A program made the translations under genes and the position numbers. DNA of 64,000 nucleotides from Eledone cirrhosa (lineage: Eukaryota): contig OZ024741.1 of NCBI GenBank assembly GCA_964016885.1, positions 171,740,001 through 171,804,000 of the forward strand, given 5' to 3'. Numbering within the stretch: position 1 is the stretch's first letter; the number at the start of each line of letters is the position of its first letter. This document shows, piece after piece, positions 26,975 to 40,448 of this stretch. A model generated the notes under the pieces. The model had not been told where the DNA came from, did not search any database, and saw nothing but the letters and a program-made list of their open reading frames with translations.

Positions 26975-27515
26975 TTACGCTGGTATGGACATGTGATGCG
27001 TATGAAGGATGACAGCTGCATAAAAAGGTACAGAGCACTAAAAGTCGATGGAAGCCATGGAGTGGGAAGACCCCAAAAGACCTGGGATGAGGTGATAAAA
27101 GCTGATCTTGCCCAATTGCACCTCTCAAAGGCAACGACACAGGACCAAGACCTCTGGCGTTACGCAGTAATACAGAATACCCAACTTCCCATGGGTACAA
27201 GCCGAAGCTGAAGCATATAGACTCTATGCCCCCATCCACTCCCACTGTAAAGTGGTTGTGTAGGTGTCACAACAAAAAAAGCACCCAGTCTACACTGTAA
27301 AGTGGCCATGTAGGTGCCACGGTAATAAAAGCACCTAGTACTCACTGTAAATGAGGTTGGTGTTAGGAAGGGTATCCAGCTGTAGAAATCATGCCAAAAT
27401 CAGTTCTGTATGAGCAAGACATGGTCACCTGACCTGGCATTGCCCACAATAGGACACCCCGTCCAACCCATGCTAGCGTGGAAGAATGGACGTAAAACGG
27501 TGGTGATGATGATGA
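26975..27515 (+). mobile_element. RTE LINE 3' fragment
   Basis: RLRWYGHVMRMKDDSCIKR...GRPQKTW, 3'UTR and (GAT)n tail. Confidence 0.9.
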
Positions 27516-27630
27516 AAGATAAAGTGAAAAAGTGATAATCATGGTGTGTGTTCCTTCTTATTGGCAATACTGGCATCATGACTCCTCACCAGTATAACAA
27601 TATATACATATGTATATATATATATATATA

Positions 27631-27840
27631 TAAGCTTGCTGGCTATGAAAATGAACAGTTCGTCTGACTGCCTGCTTATCAAATGCTTCCTACATCTCCA
27701 GTGGATTTTGTCTGAAGAGAGCATGTTTTGGCTTATGTTAAACATAAGCCTTGCATCTTCGAAATACATATAATAAAATAAATTGGGATGGTCTAAAGTA
27801 ACTGTCTTTAATTTACCATTATGACCCTCCCCAAATATAA

Positions 27841-27843
<3 letters not shown>
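27631..27843 (+). mobile_element. (TA)n-embedded hammerhead element family E
   Basis: Bounded by TA runs; its 3' end atgaccctcccc..tataac recurs at about 57480 (+) and 61085 (-). Confidence 0.7.
27705..27779 (+). ncRNA. Type-I hammerhead ribozyme motif
   Basis: attttgt-CTGAAGA-[helix II including perfect ggcttatgtt/aacataagcc]-GAAA-tacata-TA-ataaaat; 7-bp stem I with one GU pair; AUA triplet. Confidence 0.75.
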
Positions 27844-27888
<45 letters not shown>

Positions 27889-27992
27889 GAAAAATGATAA
27901 GAAGGACTTTTCTGACAGTTGATTTTTTTAAAGTTCATATATTTTACAAGGTGTAGTAACCAGAACTACACATTGTTAAATATATCCAATAC

Positions 27993-28038
<46 letters not shown>

Positions 28039-28054
28039 TAATAATAATGATGAT

Positions 28055-28230
28055 GATGAAATTATTGTGTACAGTGCTCAGGTGCACTACAACTCATCAA
28101 AGGTGCATGTATTGTACAGAGAATAATGTACAAGTGTCAGGAAAGTGAACAGTGTATGAGTCATGATATACATGTGTGTGTGTGTGTGTGGAGGGGGAGG
28201 GGTTGATATTAGGTGTATTGTTGGCGATTT
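28055..28230 (-). mobile_element. CR1/L2-type LINE 3' end (also 50480-50715 and 55465-55630)
   Basis: Shared tgtgtacagtgctcagg..cactacaactcatcaaag block. The 50.7-kb copy encodes FRVVEEWNKLPASIVS on minus; two copies have TAA-rich tails. Confidence 0.7.
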
Positions 28231-28849
28231 GATAACTTCAAATTGGTTTGAAGATTTTAGTTCTGTCTTTATTACTATTCTTACTTTCCTGTAATAACTC
28301 TTTCCAAATTTCTCTTTCTTGCTGTATACTATTTCCTTTGTTCACTCCTTGGCAATTCTTGTTTTTTTATGATAATGTCAAGGTGTACATTTATTGTTAT
28401 GGTAATCTTATACTTCTTGAATGTAGCTTAGCATATCTATTTAGTCTGAACTTCCTTTTAATGTAATCACTGAAGTTCTTTATAATGGTTAGTTAGTTAG
28501 CTTGTTGAGTATCATTTTTGAATAAAAGTTTTCAGATCATCTATATAAAACAAATAGTTTAATTTGCTATTTTCTGTTTCATACCTATAATTACTGTTGT
28601 TGAGAAAATTGCTGTTTTAACTCCACCACCACACAATAGACACAAAGGAGATATATCTTCTCCATAAACTAATTTTCTAATGTTATTCTTGCGATTGCCT
28701 GATCTTATGCTCCAATTATTGTGCTCTCTGTTTCCTTTTTCAAATACTCCTTCTTTAGCCAATCCCATGAATATATTTTTCTCATTTCATTTATAGGTTT
28801 TCTTAATTGCTTATGTAGTGTCTGGCACTCATATGCAGATTATGTTCAA

Positions 28850-30255
28850 TCTCTATCTCTTCTTTACTTTTTCCACCTGTGTTAGTTCCAAAAAGATCTT
28901 CTCCATTTACTGCCCTCAGTAACTCCTCTCTGGATGCATGTAAATAATACTCTTACCTTTCTATTTCTATTCTAACACAATCTTCTATCCCAATCAAACC
29001 TCAGCCTCCATTTGCTCTTTATATATATAATCGGGGCATATCTGCCTTGGGGTGGAGTGCTCCATACATCATCAGCAGATTCCTTGTTTTGTGATCCAAA
29101 GTCTCCAACTCTGCCTTTGTACAACCTATGATGCTAGCCCCATATCTAATGATAGACACTGCTCTTGAATTGATAGAAAAAATAATATTCCCACTCTTGT
29201 GTTTCGATTTTAATATTGTCCTCAATTCTTGTACATACTTTTTGCTTACCTGATCCTTCAATTCTTATGTTTTATTCCATCTACTTCCAATATTCCAAGA
29301 TATATATATCTTCTTCCTTATTCAATGTATTTCATCATGTTGCCATCTGGCATCTCAATTCCTTCTATTCAAACAACTTTTCCTCTCTTCATAACCAGCA
29401 TAACACATTTTAACAATTCAAATTCGATCTTGATATCATCTGATATCCTAACAGCATTTACCAAGCCATCTATTTGATTTTCAATTTTCACAAACAATTT
29501 AAGATACATAGATGTTTATTTTTAAAATAAAATTTAGTAAGAAAAAATAAAAGAAAAGGGAAAACAAAGGGAAAGAAAGAATAGGGGAATATATAAAAAA
29601 AAAAGAGAAAGAAAGAAGAAAAAGAACGGGAAGGGGAGGGGAAGGCAAAAACTCTGGTGTCGCAGAAGACAAGAGAGGAGTGAAAGTGGAGGGTGATTGG
29701 TCTTTGGACCCAGGGCAAGAGGGAAGAAGTTCTGCACCCATTGACAAAAACATTCCCATGGACAATGGCCAGTGACACCCGCTGCAACAGCCACCCAACC
29801 TCGTGGGACTCCTTCCTCAGACAGGCCGCCAACGCTCCAATCTTGCAGAAGAGCTCGGCAGTTCGGGATCCAAGTGTACCTCAGGATTGTCAATGAAGAG
29901 AAAGTGATTGATCCCCTCTCCACCTTTCTTTAGTTCATAAAATATCTTTGTCTGTCTCAACATTAGTGTCAGTGAAATCATCGCTACCACAAACAACAAT
30001 GGTGACATACTGTCTCCTTGGAATATCCAATGTCTTATCTTCACATTTCATAACTTTTCATTGTCAGCAACTCATTCAGTATTCTACTGTTCATACTCTC
30101 ATTAATGTGTCATATTTATTACCACTCCATTGATTTTTCAATCCAACTGTGAAAGCAACATATCATACACCTTACAACAATCTATCCATGCGACTCCCAA
30201 TGACTTTAGTCTCTTACAATTCTTCACGATCATTTTGAAGCCTCTACTTCTTTTT
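28850..30255 (-). mobile_element. R4/Dong-clade non-LTR RT remnant, interrupted by a CRE-like fragment
   Basis: IFQGDSMSPLLFVVAM; INSRAVSIIRYGASIIG.TKAELETLDHKTRNLLMMYGALHPKAD..RLYI. Confidence 0.8.
29640..29890 (-). mobile_element. CRE-clade LINE 3' end
   Basis: EVGWLLQRVSLAIVHGN C-terminal motif; homologous to about 40950-41100. Confidence 0.65.
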
Positions 30256-30263
30256 CTGTATTA

Positions 30264-30590
30264 GGATTGGCAGTATCGGTAGAGGGTCGGACGCCATGCT
30301 TTCCAGCATAGTTACGTCCCTTTACGATCTGAGTTCAAATCCCGCCGAGGTTGACTTTGCCTTTCATCCTTACGGGGTCGATAAAATAAAGTACCAGTAA
30401 TGCACTGGATAATTGCTGGCCTTGTGCCTAAAGTAGAAACAATTATTATTATCGTCCCTTTACGATCTGAGTTCAAATCCTGCCGAGGTTGACTTTGCCT
30501 TTCATCCTTACGGGGGTCGATAAAATAAAGTACCAGTAATGCACTGGGTAATTTGCTGGCCTTGTGCCTAAAGTAGAAACAATTATTATT
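30264..30590 (+). mobile_element. SINE family A tandem (near-full copy + 3' partial copy)
   Basis: Second unit restarts at cgtccctttacgatc directly after the (ATT)n tail of the first. Confidence 0.9.
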
Positions 30591-30906
30591 ATCATTGTTT
30601 TTGTTGTTGTTATTATTATTTCAAATACAATGGAGAATATTGGGGGTAGAAGACATCTAATTGATTGTGTCCTTATTGTCATTAATGAATGGTTTTTTGC
30701 CCATAATAGAAATAATTATTTTATGCCCTTTAATATTCTGAGTTTAAATCCCACTACAGTTAATTTTGCCTTTTATCCTTCTGGGTTTGATAAAATAAAA
30801 ATTAAAATAGAAATAAAGAAATATAAAATACTTGAGTTGATTTAAATGATTGTATCTTTCTTTGTTCTTAATGATGTGTGGGACCATGGCAAAGTTAGAA
30901 ATAAAA

Positions 30907-31666
30907 TCTCTATATATAAAACTGAGAATGTCTGTCTGTGTGTGTGTGTGAGTTTGAATCCTTAAAACTCGAGAAACACCCAACCGACTATTTTCAAACT
31001 TTACACATGTAATACTTATGTTTCAGGGAGTGTTCTGAGCAAAGAAATTTCAAATTTTCAATGTCCTAGGGACCGCATTAGGCGATTTAGCGATCTCTCT
31101 CTATAATTCTTAGTCTTTCTCTTTTTAGATAGATACATACATATAATGTTGCGCCCTTATAATATCTGTCTGTATGTCTGACTGTCTGCATTACGTCACT
31201 TCCCTGAGGATGTCTGTGTGTGTGTGTGTGAGAGTTTGAATCCCTAAAACTCAAGAAGTACCCAACCGATTTGTTTTCAAACTTTACATGTGTATTACTT
31301 ATGTTTCGGGGAGTGTTATGCACATAAAAAGTTCAACTTTTTGATCACCTAGGTGAAAAACTGCTTTTTTAAAGCTTTTTAGGGGTTGTCAGACCGATTT
31401 CCTTGAAATTGTAACTATGTATTAGTCAGTATCTTCTTCATACCGTCAACACATAAAAACAATTTATTTTCTTGATCCCCTAGGGCCTGCATTAGGTGAA
31501 AACCTGCATTTTTCCTGCTTCATCGAGGAAAATCTTAAAGCCATCAGAGTATTTGGTTTATTTTCTTTACATATTGTCCAGGCATGCAGTTTATCAACGA
31601 TTAGGTCTGTTGGCAGCCTGCGTTCCAAAATACCTTATCCCATGCAACGCCGAGTACCACTGTTAG
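30907..31666 (+). mobile_element. Non-autonomous Helitron-like element
   Basis: A|TCTCTATATATAAAA start; 3' cccatgcaacgccgagtaccactgTTAG|T (degenerate CTAG end); internal duplicated ~130-bp block. Confidence 0.65.
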
Positions 31667-31939
31667 TTCTGAATAAAATTCTGAATAAAACAAATAGCTT
31701 ACTGCCATCATTCAGCTGTGAAAAATGCTAGGGTGACTAAATAGACTGCTGTGTATTTGAAAGACAGTAGCTTCACACAGAGACATTATCTTTTACAAAA
31801 CAAAATCTAAGAGATTTAAAAAACGTTTTTTTACCATTATTAATTCATTATATTACTCCAAAATGAAAATGTTATTGTTTGAGTATGTAGTCTATGAAAC
31901 TTTAAAAGAAGGGAGGGGGAAAAAAAGGGCAGATAATTA

Positions 31940-32510
31940 TATAGAGGCAAGAATTGCACAAGCTGGTGCAGTAATGTGCCAGCTTCTGCATTCAGTAATC
32001 AGAAGAAGTTTGGTAGGCGTAAAAGCCAAACTTGCTGACTTCAATTGGGTGTTTGTGCTAACCCATACCTATGGTCATGAATCTTGGGTAATGACCAAAA
32101 GAATACAATCGTGAATACAAGCGGCTGAAATGGGATTCCTCCAAAGGGTCTTTGGAGTAACATTACTTTATAGAGTACGCAGTTTGAAGAGATCAGAGAG
32201 TCACTCTAGGTAGAGCTCCTACTTATCACAATTGAGAGATCACAGCTCTGGTACTTTGGGCATGTGGTTAGAATGTCCTCAAGAAAGAATTGCTGGACAG
32301 ATTTTATGGGCAAAACCAACTGGTAGGAGACCCAATGGTAGAACCCAAGCAAGATGGTTGGATAACAGCCATGAGCTTGGCAGGTCACGCTTGATGATCC
32401 AGCCAAATCAGTTGGAGACAATTGCTTCTGACAGGACCCGCTGGAAGGAGTATTTGAAGACTCTGACCCCCACGTCCCTTTCAGGAATGAGTGGGCAAAG
32501 AAGAGAAGAA
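31940..32510 (+). mobile_element. Second RTE-type LINE family, 3' fragment
   Basis: TYGHESWVMTKRIQS..QAAEMGFL, GRRPNGRTQARW; (GAA) tail. Confidence 0.8.
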
Positions 32511-32513
32511 GAT

Positions 32514-32715
32514 TTCTACTATAGGCACAAGGCCAGACATTTTTGGGGAGGAGAAAGTCAATTAAATTGACTCCAGTGCATTACTGGTGCTTTATTTTAT
32601 TGACTCCATAAGGGTGAAAGACAAAGCTAACCTCGGCAGGATTTGAACTCAGAACGTAAAGGGCGATAACTCCATCCTTTGCAGCATGGTGTCTGACGTT
32701 CTACCGATACTGCAT
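32514..32715 (-). mobile_element. SINE family A-related copy (further copies at about 34152-34255, 34632-34782, 34790-34996, 43164-43316, 50890-50970, 58167-58272)
   Basis: Shared actggtactttattttatcgacccc..aaggatgaaaggcaaag core. Confidence 0.85.
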
Positions 32716-33489
32716 ATAAATGACTATTTTTATTGGGTAAGCAATGCTTTACCTTGTTGCTTAAAAATACTTGCCACTGCTAACAGGGAAACAGGATATT
32801 AGATGAAGATCATGATCATGATCATAATATATAAGTTATCTAAACATGATCAGAATACAGCCAAACTTATTTAGATAGTTGTGCTAAGTGGGTCATATAT
32901 AATAATTAAACATATGATAATAACCTTGGTTACAATTTTAATCACTTAAACACTGTGTAAATGCTCTCAAGTATGACCAATATTTCACTGCTATGTAAAT
33001 TACATCAGGTCAATCCAGGATCATGTTTAGATTGCTTAAATGTAAAGGATAAGCTACTTTCTCTCAAAGTAAATCCAGACAATGACTTTAGCAAAAGTCA
33101 TAGCTAATCAATAGTTATTGATTTGTTTCTCATTCTCTCTGATGACTGAAAGACATGTAGATTAATCAGAGAGAAAAAATAATCTATACATGATAGGTTT
33201 CTCATGTTTTTTAGCTACTGAGTGATCTGTGGTTCAACCAGAAAGTTATTATTAATCAATAATTATTGATTCAACTCTTGCTCTCTGGCTACTGAAAGCC
33301 CTGTGGGGAAAGTCAAAATTGATTGATAGCTGATTCGTCTTTTAAGCTCCTGGGAAAAATATGGTTTAACTATATAGATTGGTTTTATAGTGACAGCACT
33401 ATATGAGAAATATCTATGTTGAACATTTGAGCACATCTTTACAATATATATATATATATATATTATCATCATCATCATCATCATCATCA

Positions 33490-33950
33490 TCACCGTTTTG
33501 CGTCCATTCTTCGACACTAGTGTGGGTTAGACGGGTTGTCCTGTCGTGGGCAATGACAGGTTGGGTGACCTTGTCTTGCTCATATGGGAACTGATTTTGG
33601 CTTGCTTTTTACAGTTGGATGCCCTTCCTGACTTCAACCTAATTTACAGTGAGTGTTGGGTTCTTTTTTTCCATGGCACCTAAACAGCCACTTTACAGTG
33701 TTGGCTGGGTGCTTTTTTTTTCATGACACCTCCACGACCACTTTGCAGTGGGAGTGTATGTGGGCATATTGTTTATATGCTTCAGCTTTAGCTTGTTCCC
33801 GGGAGAAGTCTGTATTACTGTGTAATGACGCCAGATGTCATGGTCCTGTGTCATCGTCTTTGAGAGGTGCAATTAGGCAAGGTCGACTTTTAATGCTCTG
33901 CACCTTTTTATGCAGCTGTCATCCTTCATACGCATCACATGTCCATACCA
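33490..33950 (-). mobile_element. RTE LINE 3' fragment (older copy at 36960-37390)
   Basis: Homologous to 15570-16090. Confidence 0.85.
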
Positions 33951-35332
33951 TATATATATATAGCAGAAACAGAAGTCTTTGCTACACTCTTGATGAAAGA
34001 AATTTTAGCTCGATAGTGGGGTCTAAAGCCCTCCAAAAAATGGTAAAGACTGAGTATTGACTCCCATGTGCGTCAATACTCATCCTTTTCCATTTTTTGG
34101 TAGTGGTTGTTGATCTTGTTGGTTATTTGCTTTCAACCCTTTCACCTTTTGTAATAATTGTTTCTACGTTTGGCACAAGGCCAGCAATTATCCCAGTGCT
34201 TTACGACCGTAAGGATGAAAGGCAAAGCTAACCTTGTTGGGATTTAAACTCAGACCTAATGCTGTGAGTTTCACCTGTCTCACTCCGCTTCAGCATTGTT
34301 ACTTTCTTTATGTTCTGACATTTCTCTGACTCTTCAATGTTATTTTCATCATGGAGTTTGATGTTATTAGATTTATGCATGTGTATTACTGGGCTTCCTC
34401 CTGTGTATCTGTGGTTGGTCCTGTTTAGCTGTTGCTGTTGTTGTTGTTGTTGTTGTAATGATGGTTTCTGATATCCCTTTGATTGCCATTGCTGCTCTTC
34501 TTCTTATTGTGATTCAGCTATTGGGACTAGTGGCGAACATCATTCAACTGTCCTGTTCTGTATAGTAGGGTAGAAAGCCCTGAAATTGTGTGCTCTTCTG
34601 CAAGTGTAGGCTTCCAAACAACAATAATAATAATAACTGTTTCTACTTTTGGCACAAGGCCAGCAATTATCCCAGTGCATTACTGGTACTTTATTTTATC
34701 GACCTCATAAGGATGAAAGACAAAGTTGAACATGGTGGGATTTGAACTCTATCGTCTACCGATACTGCCAATCCACTGCCCTACAATAATGGTTTCTTAT
34801 ATAGGCACACGGCCAGCATTTTTTTTTTTTTTAAATCGACTCCAGTGCGTGACTGGTACTTTTATTTCCTCGACCCCATAAGGTTGAAAGGCAAAGTTAA
34901 CCTTCACGGGATTTGAACTCAGATCATAAAGGGTGTAACTCAATGCTGCAAAGCATGGTGTATGACACTTTACCGATACTGCCAATCCACCACCCTACTG
35001 CCCTACAACAATAATTTTTTCTTTATTATTTATTGAGAGCAATTTCATAAGTCATATTTATACATACAGAACAAGAAAGGGTAAAATGTTCTTACAAAGA
35101 CATGTAGGGTGCGATAAAGAGAGGGTAGGTGAAAGATGTACAATAAATCTATGTTTAATAATAATAGAAATAACAATAATAACAATGAAAACAATGGCAA
35201 TAATACTATAAGTAGAAATAGAATGTCAAAAGCACAAAATAATTCTCTCATTTTAGATTTGTTATTCTACCTGAAGTAAAAGAGATGCAACATTTCAAGA
35301 ACAAACTACTTATTGTTTTTTTATATTGCATA

Positions 35333-35364
<32 letters not shown>

Positions 35365-35524
35365 GTAGGGTGGTTTATTTATTCCACTTTTAATTTTTCA
35401 TTTTATTGTTTCATAATTACTTGTGATAAATACCTCCAGTAATATGTTTCACACACAAAATTATAAGATTAAATTATCTCTTTCACTTTGTGTATCTATG
35501 TATATGTATATATATATATATATA

Positions 35525-35730
35525 GGTAAGTTATTCCGGGTTGAATCAGAGGTAACCACAGTAAGTAAGGTACTCAATACATAGCAGAGTATAAAAGTTT
35601 TAATATAGAAGAGCTTCTACAGGACTAGAACTGTTTCATTCATGAGAAATCACCAGGGAGCTCTGATGATTGCTCCCTGATGATTTCTCACAAATGAAAT
35701 AGTTCTAGTCCTGTAGAAGCTCTTCTATAT
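35525..35730. mobile_element. Hammerhead-element family D, fold-back (two opposed hammerhead motifs)
   Basis: Plus: gctcc-CTGATGA-tttctcacaaat-GAAA-tag(ttctagtc)ctg-TA-gaagc (35672-35720). Minus mirror at 35611-35663 with core CTGGTGA. TA-flanked. Confidence 0.8.
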
Positions 35731-35872
35731 ATATATATATATATTACATTGAGCTATTTATCTTACTAGTAATAAAGTAGTAATAAATTAGTGTCTTTCA
35801 CTGTTTAGGGTTTAAAATATATATAACTATAAAAAGTTTTAGTATATACATAACCATAAATAGTATCCTTAA

Positions 35873-35910
<38 letters not shown>

Positions 35911-38639
35911 CTTCATAAATATAGCTTCATAAATATAAACATCCCTATATTACATGCCACCACATAATACCATATATCTGTTATATTACCCACACACTAA
36001 CACATGTAGACCTACTTTGCAATTTCAAATTTACATCTTTTAAGTAATTTCCTTTTGTTAAATTACTTTTTTCATAAAGGACCATTTAACACATCATATT
36101 TTTAACAGTATCTTCAAACTTGTCCAAGTAACTGACAACTAGGTCACGAATTTGATTACTCTTACAATATGGGGAGATGGTCATAATGGTGCTTTGAAAC
36201 CTTGTATGAATATTAATAAGTAATATATATATATGAAAAAATTCAGAACCCTGATGGCTGAGCTTTGGCTGTTTCAACAACTAGATACCTGGGATGTTAG
36301 TGATCGTATATATATATACTATCACTAACATCCACATCCTTTAATGTCCACCTTCCCTGCAAACAAGTGTTGGACATTTCTTCACAGTCTGAGTCAGTAC
36401 TGAAGCAGGGCTGCTGACCTCCCATTCTACTGAATGCATTTTATCATGGCATCAACACTAGAGAGGTTATCACGTTTTTGACAGAACTGAAGAGTTCTCC
36501 CAATCCTTTGTTTGGCAAAGGACCAATAGTTTAAGTTAGATCAAAATTTGGTTGAGGGGTAGAGTAAAGAGTGGAAAAGAGTTCTTGATTACATATATAT
36601 GCATATATATGTGCGTGTGTGTGTGTGTGTATTTGAAAATATATTTGCTGCAATGCAGATGACTATAATTATAGTTGATAACTATAGATATTTGAAAAAA
36701 AATGGGAAAAGTACCACTGGAGACAGAAAGAAGTGAAAGAGATATCTGTAGATAATTGAACCACACATCTCTCATATGCTGAAGGAGTGTATATATCCAT
36801 TACACCAATGGGTACCAATAAGTATCATTTTAGAAGATTTAAGTATGATGCTAAAAGTGTAAATAAGATTTGGTTGCCTTTTGGAAATATGAAATTTGAA
36901 AATATAATCACCACATAAATACATACCTACACATATACCGATACATACACACACAAACTGTTTCTGGCTAGGTTTATGAGGCTGGATACCCTTCCTAACA
37001 CCATCCGCATTTACAGTGTGTGCTGGGAGCTTTTTGTTGTGACACCTACATGACTACTTTGCAGTATAGGCTGGGTGCTTTTTGACATGACACCCATACG
37101 ACCAATTTATAGTGTGGGCTGGACGCTTTTTTGTTGTGATACCAACATAACTTTAGAGTGTAAAGGTGGTGCAGGCAGAAGTGGGTAGATAGATGTTGAG
37201 GCGTGGGTATAGGGGTTAAACGGTGCCTAATTAGATGTATGTTTCAGTCCATGTGCATGGGAAGGTGTGTCTGCTATATTACTGCATAATGCCAAAGATA
37301 TCAATCCTATGTCATTGTCTTTGAGAAGTACAATTACATGAGGTTAGCTTTTATCACCTCATCCTAGATCTTCCTGGGTCTTCCTACTCCATATATATAT
37401 ATATATTCTCATAGATCTTGCAGTGGCTGATGAAGTTTGGATGTTGCATTTGTGCATATTTTGTAATGCTTGAATTTGCATGTGCATATGTGTATGTATG
37501 TATTTATCCATGCTTATAAGTGTGTGTAATCAAATGTTGGTTATTAGAGTAAAAAATTCCTTGGAGCTGAATTGAAAATTAAAAAAATTTTATTGTTGTA
37601 ACTATTAGTGTTGATATTGCAGATATCGCTATTACTGTTGTTGTTCAGCCTCTCAATGTGTATGTGTTATAGTTTTACTTTACACTTTCACAATTTCAAT
37701 AATGCAAGCTTTGTTACTTTACATTTATATTTTCATTGCATAATTCGTATTTAATTTATTTTGTGGAGTAAAATTCTTTTCCTCACTGCTACTATTACTA
37801 CTTGCTGTGAAAGATTGTCTATTTTTCTTTTTGTTTGTTTCTTTTTTCCTCCAACAAAAGTGTTTTGGAATATTTAAACATCCACACCCCTTGCCTTGGG
37901 GTGAAAAAACAAGTTCTATTAAACAGTTTTTAAGCAATGTAACTATCTGTGTGAATTATTCATGATCCAAAATGTTTACAAATACGGTAGCTGGAGTTGG
38001 TGCTAGCCCCAATGGTGGTAGCAGTGAATATTCAACTAAAATTGCTTTTGAAAACACAAAGAGAAATGAAAGAAAACAATGATAATTAAATAGACAAATA
38101 TAGTTATAAACACAAACAGTTAAAACCTGAGAAGTACAGAGGATAAAAGAGGAGAAATCTTAAATGACAATAACAAAAATTCCACCATCAGCAACAACAA
38201 CAGTATCAAACATTTTGCTAGCATGGTGAGTCAAAGCAAAATAATCAATATGTGTCCATTTGTCAAGGCAAAAGTATGTCCATTTGTTTCATTGTAATGT
38301 TTTCTCTCCCTAACATTTTCTAAGTTAGCATCTCTTTCTGTCACTTTAGTAGAGTCATATTGAATAAAATGTACATACAAGAAAATTAGGTCTGAAGAAA
38401 TAAATGAACATCTAAAAGACAGACTGTTGTCACCTTCATGAAGTGAGATCAATGCCAACACATTCCAAAGTCTCTGGTTTGCAAAATAACCAAAAATATG
38501 TAAACCAAGCAATTTTTAACCATATAAATCATATATCAATCCTTTCATTTTAGCTGATATCTCTTATTTTCATAGTCATGCTAAATGTGCATTTTCAAAC
38601 TCATGGTGAATGACCATGGATTAATTCAGGCCGAGGCAG

Positions 38640-39165
38640 TTACTAACATATCCCAGATGCCCAATAATCACAGGTATCAATCTGAAGACATAGTTGGGGT
38701 GGAGTATCTGCAGATTCCTCATTAGTTCTGCATAGATGTTCTCCTTTTCGCAAAGCTTTAATATTATATTTAGCATCTGCTGGGCAGCTAACTTCCACTA
38801 CTGTGCATGACTTCTTTTCCCTGTCCCATATCTGGTATGTTATGCTTGAATTTTTACTGCGGTTTTTGACTGGGACACTCCAGCAGTACTTTTTCATATT
38901 ATGTATGGATATATGTCTTCCACATTGCTGTAACTTTTAATATGATTATGGTTGGAGCTATGTTTACTACAAATTGAAGTGTATAGTGTTTTGGCCACTA
39001 CATCATGTCTCATATGTAGATAGTACCGTGATGACGTCTTTGGACAGCTGCTTATGACATGGGTGACATCTTCAATGTTAATTCTGCATAGTTTGTATTT
39101 GTTGTCGCATCTAGGTGTTTTGCCTGCATCCCTATCTATCTCTTTTGTGTATCAGTTTTTTGTAC
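38640..39165 (-). pseudogene. R4-clade restriction-like endonuclease remnant (degenerate copy)
   Basis: Paralogous to 39405-40040 (WDREKKSCTVVEVSCPAD). Confidence 0.75.
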
Positions 39166-39404
39166 ATATGTATGTAATTTCACAAACTTTTGCCAATAGA
39201 AAGAGTGAATCCATTTCTAACATAGTTACAAGACTCTCTCATTGGAATTTACACAACATCAACTAGGTAGATATGTCTGCATGTCTGCATGTATGCATGC
39301 ACGTGTGCAGGTATGGATGTTATTGTATGTGTGGATGTGGATGTTTTGAGTTGTATGTGTGCATGTGCATATGCTTTGTATCTGTACATGTGTATATGCA
39401 GTTA

Positions 39405-40040
39405 TTAGATGCAAAATGTTTGGAATGTTTTACATATTTTTACTGTTGAATTAATGGATTGTACTTGTAATCTCCTAACTAGTCGTGTCCTTTCTGTTCC
39501 TGTGAAGCCCAGCTTCTCAAGATTTGTATTGAGGCAGTTACTAACATATCCCAGTGCCCCAATAATCACAGGTATAAATCTGAAGGTATAATCAGGGTGG
39601 AGTATCTGCAGATTTCTCATCAGTTCTGCATAAATATTCTCCTTTTCACTAATCTTTGATATTATATTGGCATCTGCTGGGCAGCTAACTTCCACTACTG
39701 TGCATGCCTTCTTTTCCCTGTCCCATATCATTATGTCTGGTCTGTTATGCCTGCATTTTATTGGGGGTTTTACTGGAACATTCCACCAGTACTCTTTCAT
39801 ATTATGTATATGTTTATTATCGGCGCTATCTTTTCTACGGATTGCATTGTATAGTGTTTTGGCCACTACATCATGCCTCATAGGTTGATAGTACTGCAAT
39901 GACATCTTTGGACAGTTGCTTATAACATGGGTGACATCTTCGATGTTAATTCTGCAGAGTCTGCACTTGTTATCACATCTAGCTATTTTGCCTGCATCCC
40001 TATCTCTTTTGTGAATCAGGTATTTCGTGTTCATTTCCTG
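39405..40040 (-). pseudogene. R4/Dong-clade non-LTR C-terminus: CCHC knuckle + RLE endonuclease
   Basis: CRLC..EDVTHVISNC, RHDVVA, NRPDI, VEVSCP, K.EK...Y, PVIIGALG. Confidence 0.85.
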
Positions 40041-40264
40041 CATGTACATGTGTATGTACATACGCGTGTGTGTGTGTGTGTGGTGTCTTTATATATGTGC
40101 TATAAGTTAGAGTCATACTCAATTCATACAGCCATATTGTGTATATTTTCTTTTGCAAAAATGTTCAAAATTATTCTCAAGTTTTCAAAACAAACAAAAA
40201 ACTAATGCATACCAAAAGAAAAAGACAAATAATGTATGAGACAAATATATAGACAAGAAAGAAA

Positions 40265-40448
40265 CTATATCGCCATTAAAAGATAAAATGTTATCCTTGT
40301 CCCTCTCCAGTCCACAAATACATGTTTTAAGTGGTATAGGCAACATGTAAGAAATATGTAAGATAAACTGATTTGGAGAAAAATGACTACAGTTAATGCA
40401 ACAGCAGTTGGTGTTTTGTCTAATAAAAAAACATCTATGATCATTACT
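40265..40448 (-). CDS. Candidate terminal coding exon resembling MARCH2/3-type RING-CH ligase second TM helix
   Basis: Pyrimidine-rich acceptor tttttctgttacag precedes (R)VMIIDVFLLDKTPTAVALTVVIFLQISLSYIFLTCCLYHLKHVFVDWRGTRITFYLLMAI*. AVxL..YH..WRxT spacing matches recalled MARCH2; no RING exon found in the window. Confidence 0.35.

Noticed and set aside
36086-38050. Possible minus-strand exons (36086-36202; 37955-38047; also about 33255-33300 and 46447-46483)
   Set aside because: Plausible splice signals but no recognisable protein similarity; not distinguishable from chance without RNA-seq.
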